Source of the DNA: Archangium sp.
GTDB lineage: Bacteria; Myxococcota; Myxococcia; Myxococcales; Myxococcaceae
Length of the DNA stretch: 19,245 bases
Reading direction: 5' to 3'
NCBI GenBank assembly: GCA_031367385.1
Contig: JANLPS010000533.1
Location: forward strand, 1-19,245
Part shown: positions 1-7,155 of the stretch, piece by piece
Numbering within the stretch: the stretch's first letter is position 1
Layout of the letters: each line of letters opens with the position of its first letter
The notes under the pieces: model-generated
Databases searched by the model: none
What the model saw: the letters and a program-made list of their open reading frames with translations, nothing else
Told to the model about the DNA's origin: nothing
Made by a program: the position numbers and the translations under genes

Positions 1-1
1 C

Positions 2-1330
2 GAGCTCGACAAGGCGGCCGAGTATGCCGAGCGGGTCTTGAAGGAGTACCCGGTCTCGATCTTCGATTTGAAGGTCAAGTACACGCTGGCCAAGCTCTCT
101 GAGCAGATGGCCAACTTCGACAAGTCAGCCAGCATGTACGAGGAGTTCGTGCAGACCTACGACCTCGCCGCCGGCGAAAAGGCGATTGGGTACGCGAACA
201 TCAAAGACCTGCTCAAGAAAGACAAAGAGCTGCGAGAGAAAGAGGCCAAGGCGAACAAGAAGGCCCCGATGGTCACCACCGTCGAGCTGAAGAACCTCAA
301 AGACGACGCCAAGCGCAAAGAGCGTGAGGCGTTGATCGCCGAGTGCACCGACAAGAAAGACAACTGGGTGCAGAACGCGGTCTTCAACGAGGGGTTCTGG
401 TTCGAAGGCGTCGGCAAGCTCGACAAGGCCATCGGCGCGTACACCCGGTACGTGCTGCGGTTCAAAGACGAGAAAGACGCGCCTGACATCGCCTATAACA
501 TCGGGCTCGTGCTCGAAAAGGCTGGCCAGTCGGGCGAGGCGATCAAGCAGTACGACACGTTCTTGGCGAGCTACGCGAAAGACGCGCGGGTCTCAGACGG
601 TCGCCGCCTCGACGCGAAGTACCGCCAGTTCTTGCTGCAACAGAAGCTGAAGAGCCCGCAAGACATGGACAAGCTGGCCAAAGAAATCATCGCCGCGTAC
701 CCGAAGCTCAAAGACGACGAGCAGAAGAGCGACCGGGCGATGTTGGCGGTGGCCCACGCGAAGTTCTACACGCTCGAGCCGCAGTGGAAGGCGTACACCG
801 ACATGAAGTTCAAGAAGGTCGCGACCTTCAAGGCTGATCGCCCGGCCAAAGAGAAGCGGCTGGCTGAAATCGAGAAGGCGTACATCGACGTGCTCAAGGT
901 GGGTAACGCCGAGTACGGCATCGCGGCGCTGACCCGGGTTGGCCTGCTGTACGCCGACTTCGCGTCGAACATCGCCGAGCTGCCAGACCCGCCTGGGCTC
1001 GACGAAGACCAGGTCGGCATGTTCCGCGGCGAGCTCGAGAACCGGTACGTCTTTCCCGTCGAGGAGAAGGCGGTCGAGGCGCTCGAGAAGGCCGTCGCCA
1101 AGAGCTCAGAGCTCTCGATCTACAACGAGTGGACGTTGGCGGCCCAAGACCGGCTCAACAAGTACAAGCCGGGCCTCTACGGCAAAGCCAAAGAGGTGCC
1201 GTTTCGCGGCAGCGAGTTCTTCGCGACCGCGGGGGCTGAGAAGAAGACCGACTTGCCGGTCGAGACGACCGTCGAGAAAACGCCGACGCCTGCGAACGCA
1301 GCTCCGGTGCCTGGCGCGGGGAGCCGGTAA
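2..1330 (+). CDS. gltD: Gliding-motility TPR protein GltD/AgmU, C-terminal part (5' truncated by window)
   Basis: Frame is open from base 2 (ELDKAAEYAERVLKEYP...), so the TTG at 38 is internal. TPR-like helical repeats (e.g. APDIAYNIGLVLEKAGQSGEAIKQY). Lies directly upstream of gltE-like, gltF-like and gltG-like genes, matching the myxobacterial gltD-E-F-G-H order. Stop overlaps the next start (TAATG, 1328-1332). Confidence 0.75.
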   Translation, partial: ELDKAAEYAERVLKEYPVSIFDLKVKYTLAKLSEQMANFDKSASMYEEFVQTYDLAAGEKAIGYANIKDLLKKDKELREKEAKANKKAPMVTTVELKNLKDDAKRKEREALIAECTDKKDNWVQNAVFNEGFWFEGVGKLDKAIGAYTRYVLRFKDEKDAPDIAYNIGLVLEKAGQSGEAIKQYDTFLASYAKDARVSDGRRLDAKYRQFLLQQKLKSPQDMDKLAKEIIAAYPKLKDDEQKSDRAMLAVAHAKFYTLEPQWKAYTDMKFKKVATFKADRPAKEKRLAEIEKAYIDVLKVGNAEYGIAALTRVGLLYADFASNIAELPDPPGLDEDQVGMFRGELENRYVFPVEEKAVEALEKAVAKSSELSIYNEWTLAAQDRLNKYKPGLYGKAKEVPFRGSEFFATAGAEKKTDLPVETTVEKTPTPANAAPVPGAGSR

Positions 1331-2595
1331 TGAAAGCACTTCGATTCGCAGTCTTCGCGTTGATCGCCTGTACGGCTGCCAAAGAAGAGGTCAAGCCCAC
1401 GCAGGTCGCGGTGGTGCAGACCTCGAAAGCCGCCGGCCCGAAAGAGAACTTCGAGCAGGGCGTCGCGGCGTTCGACTCGGGCAACCTCGAGCAGGCGAAG
1501 GTGCTCTTCACCAAGGTGGCCGAGAAGGCGCCGACCAACTTGCAGACCCAGTACAATCTGGGTGTCATCGGCGAGCGGCAGGGCAACCTGCGTGAAGCGC
1601 AGACGCGCTACGAGGCGGCGCACGCGATCGACCCGAAGCACAAGTCGACGTTGCTGAACCTGGGCAAAGTGTACCGCCTGCAAGACAAGTTCACCGAGGC
1701 GATCGCGCTCTACGAAGAGGCGCTCAAAGACCCGGCGAATGAGTACGACGTCGAGCTCAACAACAACCTCACCGTCGCGTACCGGCTGGCGAAGAAGTAC
1801 GACCGCGCCGAGGCGACCGCTCGCAAGGTGCTCTCGCGCACCAAGAACAACGCCGATGCGTACAAGAACCTGTCGCTGATTTACTTCGATCAGGGCAACT
1901 ACCGCTTGGCCGAGTTCATCTCTGCGAACGCGAAGAAGCTCGATGACAAAGACCCGGGCGTCTACAACAACCTGGGCCTGATCTACCTGAAGCTCGATGA
2001 TCGCCGCCTGGCGCTTGGGCAGTTTCAGAAGGCGGTGTCACTGAACAAAGACTTCGCCCCGAGCTTGTTCAACATGGGCGCGATTGCGCTGAGCTACCGC
2101 GACTATGCGAACGCAGAGAAGTCACTGGCGCGCGCGGCTGAGCTCGACCCGACCTCGTACGAGAGCTTCTTGGCGTATGCCTATTCGCTCGACGGGCAGA
2201 AGGGCCGCGACCCGAAGAAGGGCGTGAAGGCCGGCGAGACGTTCGAGAAGGTGCTCGCGCTCAAGGCCGACCAGCCCGAGGCGGTCTGCGGAGCGGCCTG
2301 GGCCTACGCGGCCGACAAAACCGGTTGGGACCGGGCGCTGAGCTTCTTCGACAAGTGCAAGACGATGGCGTCGACCACTGCGCAAGATCAGCAGCTAATC
2401 GACGTCAAGGTGAAGGGCATCGTGGCGATGCAGAAGAGCGGTCAGCCTGCTGCCACGCCTGAGACCAAAGAGAAGCCGAAGGCGGCTCCGACGGGCCCCT
2501 CGATGCTCGACAAGGTGGCAGACGACGCCGCGGCCAAAGAAGCGACGACGCCGGCGCCTGAGACTTCGGCACCGGCGCCTGCGACCAAGCCGTAA
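1330..2595 (+). CDS. gltE: Gliding-motility TPR lipoprotein GltE/AglT
   Basis: Lipoprotein signal MKALRFAVFALIAC (Cys14). Many canonical TPRs (YNLGVIGERQG, LNLGKVYRLQ, YNNLGLIYLKL). Pro/Ala/Lys-rich tail. Translationally coupled to gltD; synteny. Confidence 0.8.
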   Translation: MKALRFAVFALIACTAAKEEVKPTQVAVVQTSKAAGPKENFEQGVAAFDSGNLEQAKVLFTKVAEKAPTNLQTQYNLGVIGERQGNLREAQTRYEAAHAIDPKHKSTLLNLGKVYRLQDKFTEAIALYEEALKDPANEYDVELNNNLTVAYRLAKKYDRAEATARKVLSRTKNNADAYKNLSLIYFDQGNYRLAEFISANAKKLDDKDPGVYNNLGLIYLKLDDRRLALGQFQKAVSLNKDFAPSLFNMGAIALSYRDYANAEKSLARAAELDPTSYESFLAYAYSLDGQKGRDPKKGVKAGETFEKVLALKADQPEAVCGAAWAYAADKTGWDRALSFFDKCKTMASTTAQDQQLIDVKVKGIVAMQKSGQPAATPETKEKPKAAPTGPSMLDKVADDAAAKEATTPAPETSAPAPATKP

Positions 2596-2605
2596 CGTCG
2601 CTTCG

Positions 2606-3775
2606 CTAGTCTTGCGGTTTGACGATGGTCGCTTGCTGCAAGGCGACCTGCGTCTGGGCGAGAATGCGGCCGTTGAGCGTCGCACCGGTGGCGAGGGTGA
2701 CGGCGGTCTTGCACAAGATGATGCCCTCGAAGTGTGAGGTCGACCCCAAGGTCACCTCGCCGCCGATTTGCCAGAAGATGTTCTTCGCCTTGGCCTGGCC
2801 GCCGAGGGTGATGCGCGTGGCCGAGGCCAGCGTCAGGTTGCCGCTGGTCTGAAAGATCCACACGTCGTCGGCGCCGCCGGTGATGGTGACGTCGGTCGGT
2901 ATCGAGATCGTGCTCGTCCACTTGTAGAGGCCGGGCTCGAGGTTCAAGCCGCCGATGGTGCCCGCGCCGAGCTCGGTGTGATCAGGCGTGGGGCGGGTGG
3001 CCGCGTCGGTGTAGGCGTTCTCCATGTTGCCGACCGCGGTGGTCAGGTTGCTCGGCGTCGGCACCGCGAGGTTCGCGGCGTAGAGCTTGCCGGTGACCTG
3101 CGGTGAGGTCGAGAACACGTTGGTGGCGTCGGCGGTCAGCGAGAAGCCGGTCAAGAACGAGGCGGCCGCGGGGCTCACGCCCACGTCACCGGTGATGGCT
3201 GAGGGAGGCACGGTCGAGACCGCGGCCTTGGCCAAGACGACGAAGTTGCCGGCGGCTCCGAGGCTGACCGGGGCAGGGCCCTTCGAGAGCGAGGTGCCGG
3301 TGTTGAAGCTCCAGGTGAAGGCGGTCACCAGTGCCTGCCCGTCGAGCGCCAGGGCGGCGGTCGAGATGGTGGCGGTGTACTCGGTGCTGGCCGTCAGGTT
3401 CGCGGTGGGCACGAAGCGCGCGGTGTTGCCGCTGAACGTGGCGACGCCGGTCACCACCGTGGCGCCTTGCTTCACGCTGAAGGCGCTGATCACCGTGGCG
3501 GCTCGCATTTCTACGCTGAACGTCGCCAGGAGCGTCGCGTTCAAGGGGGCGCCCGCGCCCGTCGGGTACATCGAGACGACCTTCGGAGGGGCTGCTTGGC
3601 CGGCGTCAGCGGTACCGCCACCGCCGCCGCTGCCGCCGCCTCCTCCGTCATTCGAGCCGCCCGTGCCGCCACCCGAGCCAGTGAGGCCGCCGTCGGTGCC
3701 GGTACCGCCCGCACCTCCGCACGACGAGAAGACAGACAACGCCACGAGGCACACTGCCGTTTGAAGCCATTTCAT
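2606..3775 (-). CDS. Lipoprotein with Gly-rich linker, Ig-like (Big_5/SbsA-type) domain and DUF3494 ice-binding domain
   Basis: Lipobox LSVFSSC (Cys19). G-rich linker, aa ~20-60. Ig-like segment PPKVVSMYP...ATFSVEM...ARFVPTANLTASTEYTATIS...FTWSFNT. DUF3494 motifs LGAAGNFVVLAKAAVS, ITGDVGVSP, LTTAVGNMENAYTDAA, LEPGLYKW, VWIFQ, AKNIFWQ, FEGIIL, LNGRILAQT. Confidence 0.9.
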   Translation of the reverse strand: MKWLQTAVCLVALSVFSSCGGAGGTGTDGGLTGSGGGTGGSNDGGGGGSGGGGGTADAGQAAPPKVVSMYPTGAGAPLNATLLATFSVEMRAATVISAFSVKQGATVVTGVATFSGNTARFVPTANLTASTEYTATISTAALALDGQALVTAFTWSFNTGTSLSKGPAPVSLGAAGNFVVLAKAAVSTVPPSAITGDVGVSPAAASFLTGFSLTADATNVFSTSPQVTGKLYAANLAVPTPSNLTTAVGNMENAYTDAATRPTPDHTELGAGTIGGLNLEPGLYKWTSTISIPTDVTITGGADDVWIFQTSGNLTLASATRITLGGQAKAKNIFWQIGGEVTLGSTSHFEGIILCKTAVTLATGATLNGRILAQTQVALQQATIVKPQD

Positions 3776-4017
3776 TTGAGATGCCGATCTGAAAAGGGGG
3801 GGGGCCCGGGGTCGCTCGGTCGAGCAACCCCTCCGCAGGTCTTCAAAGCATGTCTTGAGCCATCGCCTAAGATATCGGTTTCACTCGATTCTCGTTGTTT
3901 CGCCGGTGGCACGTACGCCACGGTTCAACATTTCCACCTCGGCCGAAACGTCTCGGCGCTGTTTCCCGACAGCGAACGGCTGCGGTTTTCGGGTGTCTTC
4001 AGGTGCGTGGGCGTCAG

Positions 4018-4046
4018 GTGACAACGCCTATGAGACCACCTAGTAT
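4018..4046 (+). promoter_or_regulatory. Sigma70-like promoter for gltF-gltG
   Basis: GTGACA (4018-4023), a 17-nt spacer, then TAGTAT (4041-4046). Lies 60 nt upstream of the gltF ATG, which has RBS GGAGG at 4097-4101. Confidence 0.6.
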
Positions 4047-4106
4047 GCGCCGCCCTGTGGGAACCCCACGTGTCTGCTGTTGTCAGACGAATTTACGGAG
4101 GCCGGA

Positions 4107-4379
4107 ATGACGCGTGTATCGCTGATGATTTCGTTGAGCCTGATCGCTGTGATGGCCGCCGGTGCTGCATTCGCCGAAGACAAGGTCGTCAAAGAAGCCG
4201 ACAAGACGGTGTTTCGCAAGAAGACGGTCATCGACTTCACCGATGTCGCGGTCGAGGGCGAGCTCACCAAGCCCGAAGGCAGCTACGCGATCAGCAAGAA
4301 GAAGACGACCTTCAAGACGTTGATCAAGGTTCGCGACAACTTCAACCCCGAGCTCCAGAAGTCAGTCGACAACCTGTGA
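4107..4379 (+). CDS. cglF: Adventurous gliding motility protein GltF/CglF (small secreted protein)
   Basis: ATG 4107 after GGAGG. Signal peptide ending AAFA. Motif RKKTVIDFTDVAVEGELTKPEG and terminal FNPELQKSVDNL resemble CglF. Positioned immediately before gltG. Confidence 0.85.
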   Translation: MTRVSLMISLSLIAVMAAGAAFAEDKVVKEADKTVFRKKTVIDFTDVAVEGELTKPEGSYAISKKKTTFKTLIKVRDNFNPELQKSVDNL

Positions 4380-4381
4380 GC

Positions 4382-4397
4382 TGAAGGTTCGCCTTCA
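4382..4397 (+). other. Intercistronic stem-loop between gltF and gltG
   Basis: TGAAGG-TTCG-CCTTCA: a perfect 6-bp stem with a UUCG loop, just after the gltF stop. Possible mRNA-stabilising element. Confidence 0.4.
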
Positions 4398-4441
4398 CTC
4401 TTCTTCGAGCTTTCGTACTGCATTCACTGAAGGACGCCCCC

Positions 4442-6322
4442 ATGTCGAAAAAGTCGATCACGCTGCAGATCACCGGGCCCCAGGGCCAAGTCTCGGAGTC
4501 GGTCTCTGACCTCGAGAGCATCATCGTTGGCTCAGGCGCTGGCGCGGCGGTGAAGATCGCCGACCCGAAGGTGTCGAACCTCCACTGCCTGCTGAAGGTC
4601 GAGAAGAACGGCAATGTGACGGTGATCGACCTCGGCAGCGAGTCGGGCACGAAGCTCAAAGATCAATCGGTCAAGTCGCCTGAGATCGTCTCGTCGGGTG
4701 ACACCATCACCATCGGTGGCTCGACGGTGAGGGTGTTGATCGGCTCGTCGGCCTCGGCCGTGGCTCCTCCGCCTCCGCCCGCGATGTCGCCCCCGTTTCC
4801 TCCGGCGATTGCGCCCGTGACGATTGCGGCTGCTCCCGTGGCGGCGCCGGCTCCTTCGAAAAAAGCGAAGACCGTGCCCGTGCCTCCGAAAGCGTTGGCT
4901 GGCACCGGCAAGAACGCGGCGATCTTGTTCAACGAGCCGCTGCCGGCCGAGGCGATACCGACCGACACCGAGAAGGTGTTGCAGGTCGCGCTGCTCTGGG
5001 GCGACACCCTGATCAACGTTCAGCACTTCGCTGACGGCGTGCCGGTCACCATCGGTGAGGGCCCGGGCAACAAGTTCAACGTGTTCTCATCGGGCGTCGG
5101 CGACTCGTTCATGCTGGCGGGTTCGCGAGGCGCGAAGGCCGTCGTGAACGTGCCCAGCGAAGCGGGCCTGGTGGTCGGCTCGAAGGGCGACACCCACAAG
5201 ACCAAAGAGCAGCTCAAGGCCGAGGGCAAGCTGAAGGCGGCCGAGGGCGGCTTGCGCGCTGACGCGGTCGAGCTCGGGTTGCACGACCAGGCGCAGGTCT
5301 CGTTCGACAACGTGGCGTTCATCATTCGCTACGTGCGGCCGAGCGCGGCGATCACCGTCAATACGCTCGAAGATCAAGACTTCACCTTCTTCAAGATCGT
5401 CTCGATTTGCGTGATGGCCTTCATCGCGTTGGTGGCGGCGATGATCTTGACGCCGGTCGGAGACGGCAGCGACAGCGACGACCTGTTCTCGAACCCGTCG
5501 AAGTACGTGAAGATGGTGATTCGCCCGCCCGAAGAAAAGAAGGTCAAGAAGTTCTCTGACCTCGCCGGCAAGGCCGAGTCTGAGAAGGCGAAAGAGAAAG
5601 AAGCCAAGTTCGGCAAGCAAGACGCGCAGAAAGACAAAGCCGACCCCTCGAAGAAGGGCGCTCCGGTGGTCGACGCGAACAAGCGAGAAGAAGACCGCAA
5701 GAAGGTCAGCCAGCTGATGGCCGGCATGTTCGGCGGCGGCGCGGCCTCGAGCGTGTTTGGCGCGGGCGGCCTCGGCACCGGCATCAACAACGCGTTGGGC
5801 GGCTTGCAGGGCAACACCGGCGTCGGTGATGCGCAGGGCGTCGGCGGCTTGGGCTCGCGTGGCTCGGGCAGCGGCGGTGGAGGAGCGGGCTTGGGCCTCG
5901 GCGGCCTCGGCACCAAGGGCGGCGGCGGTGGTCGCGGTGGCTACGGCGGGCTCGACCTGGGTGGGCGCGGCAAAGACTCGACCCGCGTCATACCTGGCAA
6001 GACCACGGTGGTTGGCGGCCTCGACCGCGACGTGATCATGAAGGTCGTCAAGCGTCACCAGAACGAGATCAAGTACTGCTACGAGCAAGAGGCGCAGAAG
6101 AACCCGGCCCTGGCTGGCAAGGTCGCCGTCGCGTGGACGATTGACCCCGCCGGTGGCGTGGCCGAGGCGAACGTGAGCGAGTCGTCGATCTCGAACGCGA
6201 ACGTCGAGTCGTGCATCGTGCAGCGCATTCGCCGGTGGAAGTTCCCCGAGCCGTCGGGTGGTGGCGTGGTGAACGTCACCTTCCCGTGGATCTTCAGCTT
6301 GGCGGGCAGCGAAGGCGAATAA
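4442..6322 (+). CDS. gltG: Gliding-motility protein GltG/PglI (FHA - TM - Gly-rich - TonB-C-like AgmX/PglI C-terminal domain)
   Basis: N-terminal FHA-like domain (IIVGSG...VSNLHC...DLGSESGT). Pro/Ala linker. One TM helix (IVSICVMAFIALVAAMIL). Long Gly-rich stalk. C-terminal GGLDRDVIMKVVKRH...YCYE...VESCI...WKFPEP...VTFPWIF domain. Confidence 0.88.
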   Translation: MSKKSITLQITGPQGQVSESVSDLESIIVGSGAGAAVKIADPKVSNLHCLLKVEKNGNVTVIDLGSESGTKLKDQSVKSPEIVSSGDTITIGGSTVRVLIGSSASAVAPPPPPAMSPPFPPAIAPVTIAAAPVAAPAPSKKAKTVPVPPKALAGTGKNAAILFNEPLPAEAIPTDTEKVLQVALLWGDTLINVQHFADGVPVTIGEGPGNKFNVFSSGVGDSFMLAGSRGAKAVVNVPSEAGLVVGSKGDTHKTKEQLKAEGKLKAAEGGLRADAVELGLHDQAQVSFDNVAFIIRYVRPSAAITVNTLEDQDFTFFKIVSICVMAFIALVAAMILTPVGDGSDSDDLFSNPSKYVKMVIRPPEEKKVKKFSDLAGKAESEKAKEKEAKFGKQDAQKDKADPSKKGAPVVDANKREEDRKKVSQLMAGMFGGGAASSVFGAGGLGTGINNALGGLQGNTGVGDAQGVGGLGSRGSGSGGGGAGLGLGGLGTKGGGGGRGGYGGLDLGGRGKDSTRVIPGKTTVVGGLDRDVIMKVVKRHQNEIKYCYEQEAQKNPALAGKVAVAWTIDPAGGVAEANVSESSISNANVESCIVQRIRRWKFPEPSGGGVVNVTFPWIFSLAGSEGE

Positions 6323-6329
6323 GTCTCGT

Positions 6330-6401
6330 CCTTGAGTGCGCGACGGTGAATTGGCGCGGGTGACTCCATCGAGTCTCCGCGCCCCGTCGTCAGGCTCAGG
6401 G
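6330..6401 (+). other. Long multi-stem hairpin after gltG
   Basis: Nested pairings: 6330-6337/6394-6401, 6340-6346/6384-6390, 6353-6359/6377-6383 and 6362-6366/6371-6375. G-U pairs favour the + strand RNA. Confidence 0.55.
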
Positions 6402-6415
6402 CAGGCATTTTCACG

Positions 6416-6444
6416 TTGGAGAGTCAGAAGGTCGCAGGTATGGT
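6416..6444 (+). promoter_or_regulatory. Sigma70-like promoter for gltH/cglE
   Basis: TTGGAG (6416-6421), a 17-nt spacer, then TATGGT (6439-6444). RBS GGAG at 6463-6466 precedes GTG 6473. Confidence 0.45.
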
Positions 6445-6472
6445 GCCGCGCTCTTTTTGACTGGAGAACCTC

Positions 6473-7078
6473 GTGCGGAAGCTTGCTGCTCTGATGATTG
6501 TGCTTCTCGCGCCGGCTGCCTTTGCAGCAACGCCGTCAGAAGGTGTTCCGCTCCAGGTTCGCCGCGGCTTCTTCACTGAAACCGACATTGGTGGCTTCTT
6601 CACGCTGGGCGGTGACAACGCGTATTCGAACCTGCAGACGTACCTGCAGTTGGGCATTGGCTACCAATTCACGGTGAACGACGGCGCGGGCATCGTGCCG
6701 ATTGGGTTTCACGTCGCGATTGGTTCGAACGCGCAGAACTGCTTCGCGGGGCTCAAGCCGAATGGTGACTGCAGCCAGGCCGACAACTTCACGATGACGT
6801 TCTTGAGCCTCACGGGTGGCTACCTGGCTCGCGTGGTCGAGCGCTTCTACCTGGGCGCGAAGTTGATCGCCGGGTACACGCTGCTCGATCCCGCTCCGGT
6901 GTACACGACGGGTGGCGCGCCGGTGAACGGCGGCGTCAACCTGGGCGCAGCGTTGAGCATGGAATACGCCACCAATATGGACCACTTCTCGGTCGGCATC
7001 GACGTGGCCTTTCGCTTCGTGATCGGCCCGAACATACCCAGCTTTGCGTTTTACCCGCGCGTTCAATACACGTTCTAA
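6473..7078 (+). CDS. cglE: Adventurous gliding motility outer-membrane beta-barrel protein GltH/CglE
   Basis: Signal peptide ending AAFA. Amphipathic beta-strands (RRGFFTETDIGGFFTLGG, YLQLGIGYQF). C-terminal beta-signal YPRVQYTF. Directly downstream of gltG. Confidence 0.8.
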   Translation: MRKLAALMIVLLAPAAFAATPSEGVPLQVRRGFFTETDIGGFFTLGGDNAYSNLQTYLQLGIGYQFTVNDGAGIVPIGFHVAIGSNAQNCFAGLKPNGDCSQADNFTMTFLSLTGGYLARVVERFYLGAKLIAGYTLLDPAPVYTTGGAPVNGGVNLGAALSMEYATNMDHFSVGIDVAFRFVIGPNIPSFAFYPRVQYTF

Positions 7079-7109
7079 AAGCAGCGCTGTTTTCTCGTGT
7101 TGCTCACCT

Positions 7110-7134
7110 AAGCCCCGCAGTGACGGGGCTTTTT
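7110..7134 (+). terminator. Rho-independent terminator after gltH/cglE
   Basis: AAGCCCCG-CAGTGA-CGGGGCTT-TTT: a GC-rich stem running into a T5 tract, 31 nt after the stop. Confidence 0.7.
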
Positions 7135-7155
7135 CATGCTCAAGAGGTACTTCGC

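Noticed and set aside
2596..3900. Ice-binding gene as part of a mobile element
   Set aside because: No transposase, integrase, terminal inverted repeats or target-site duplication are visible.
3907..3922. TGGCACG as a sigma54 -24 box
   Set aside because: No GC at the -12 position (GG-N10-AC). The similar AGGCACG at 15493 also lacks it.
3855..4110. Short ORFs (62 and 71 aa) in the intergenic region before gltF
   Set aside because: No RBS, atypical composition, and overlap with the candidate promoter.
5720..5970. GGC-rich repetitive tract
   Set aside because: Encodes the normal Gly-rich stalk of GltG; not a DNA repeat element.
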